From a virus (lineage: Duplodnaviria > Heunggongvirae > Uroviricota > Caudoviricetes): 33,823 nt of DNA. Position numbers and translations under genes: made by a program. Location: IMG/VR virus record IMGVR_UViG_2877251553_000003. One strand, given 5' to 3'. Below the pieces are notes generated by a model. That model had not been told where the DNA came from, searched no databases, and saw nothing but the letters and a program-made list of their open reading frames with translations. Shown here piece by piece: positions 33,160 through 33,823 of the stretch; within the stretch, counting starts at the first letter, position 1, and the number at the start of each line of letters is the position of its first letter.

Positions 33160-33536
33160 GTGAAACATAAACAACGTTGGGCAGGGGCAATCTGCTGTTT
33201 TGTCCTCTTCATTGTGGTGTGCCTTTTTCTGGCGACGTACATGAAAGGCGCTTTTCGGGCTGCCGGGCATCCTGAAATCGGCTTGCTGTTTTTCATTCTT
33301 CCTGGAGCAGTTGCCAGTTTCTTTTCACAGCGTAGAGAAGTCCTGAAACCTCTATTTGGCGCAATGCTGGCGGCACCCTGTTCAATGCTCATTATGCGGC
33401 TGTTTTTTTCACCGACGCGCTCATTCTGGCAAGAGCTGGCATGGTTACTAAGCGCGGTGTTCTGGTGTGCGCTGGGGCACTGTGTTTCTTATTTATCAGT
33501 AGTTTGTTTAAACCACAGCACAGAAAAAATCAGTAA
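33160..33536 (+). CDS. ybjM: YbjM inner membrane protein (the ORF in this assembly runs on to 33693 because of an A6 run at 33524-33529)
   Basis: MKHKQRWAGAICCFVLFIVV...; with A7 instead of A6 the protein ends ...TEKNQ at about 125 aa just before the hairpin; the uncorrected ORF overlaps grxA. Confidence 0.7.
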
Positions 33537-33557
33537 AGCCCTCAACGCGAGGGCTTG
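33535..33557. terminator. Hairpin between convergent ybjM and grxA (probable bidirectional terminator)
   Basis: AAAGCCCTC-aacgc-GAGGGCTTG. Confidence 0.5.
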
Positions 33558-33565
33558 TCAGACGA

Positions 33566-33823
33566 TCAGGCGTCCAGATTTTCTTTCACCCATGCAGCAA
33601 AATCGGTATAGCCGCCGATATGTTGCTGATCGACAAAAATCTGCGGCACGGTTTCTACGGGTTTACCTGCCTTTTGTGGTAGATCTTCTTTAGTGATCCC
33701 TTCCGCACGAATATCTACATACTGATACTGAAAATCATCGCGTTCATTGCTCAATTTCTCAGCCAGATCTTTTGCACGCACACAGTAAGGGCAACCCGAA
33801 CGACCAAAAATAACGGTTTGCAT
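33566..33823 (-). CDS. grxA: Glutaredoxin 1
   Basis: 85 aa, MQTVIFGRSGCPYCVRAKDLA... with the CPYC active site; start codon at the window edge. Confidence 0.95.
   Translation of the reverse strand: MQTVIFGRSGCPYCVRAKDLAEKLSNERDDFQYQYVDIRAEGITKEDLPQKAGKPVETVPQIFVDQQHIGGYTDFAAWVKENLDA

Noticed and set aside
33160-33693. ybjM as a 177-aa protein overlapping grxA by ~130 bp
   Set aside because: The extension depends on a single A6 run; with A7 the gene ends just before a terminator hairpin, matching the expected ~125-aa YbjM; treated as an assembly artefact.

Overview
The window is almost entirely a defective P2/186-like prophage (about 1-31000) inserted next to host ybjL-ybjM-grxA (31205-33823). 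Left to right: a truncated integrase, a 186-type cI/apl/cII switch, an IS911 copy (itself split by a nested IS1) joining a truncated cII to a 5'-truncated dam methyltransferase, replication gene A split by an IS66-family element, a small ORF and a dinI-like gene, then a sharply AT-rich cargo island (10494-13007) in the position of the P2 old/tin accessory locus. After that come the late genes Q, P (leftward) and O, N, M, L, X, holin, endolysin, lysA/B/C, R, S, a second IS1 that replaces the baseplate and tail-fibre genes, a remnant invertible tail-fibre switch (fibre tip, crossover site, pin-like invertase), then FI, FII, E/E', T, U, D and ogr. The most interesting candidate is the cargo island: an ABC-type ATPase with an unusual ~200-aa N-terminal extension followed by an HNH nuclease, a Septu-like (PtuA/PtuB-style) two-gene architecture that may be a divergent or undescribed anti-phage module; the family assignment is inference and needs profile searches. 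Many genes carry single-base frame breaks that fall in short homopolymer runs, including host ybjM, so most of these are probably assembly errors rather than real pseudogenes. Separately, portal Q (two), head-completion L (one) and int (one) have in-frame TAG codons. All homology calls are from reading the translations against remembered protein families; no database search was run.
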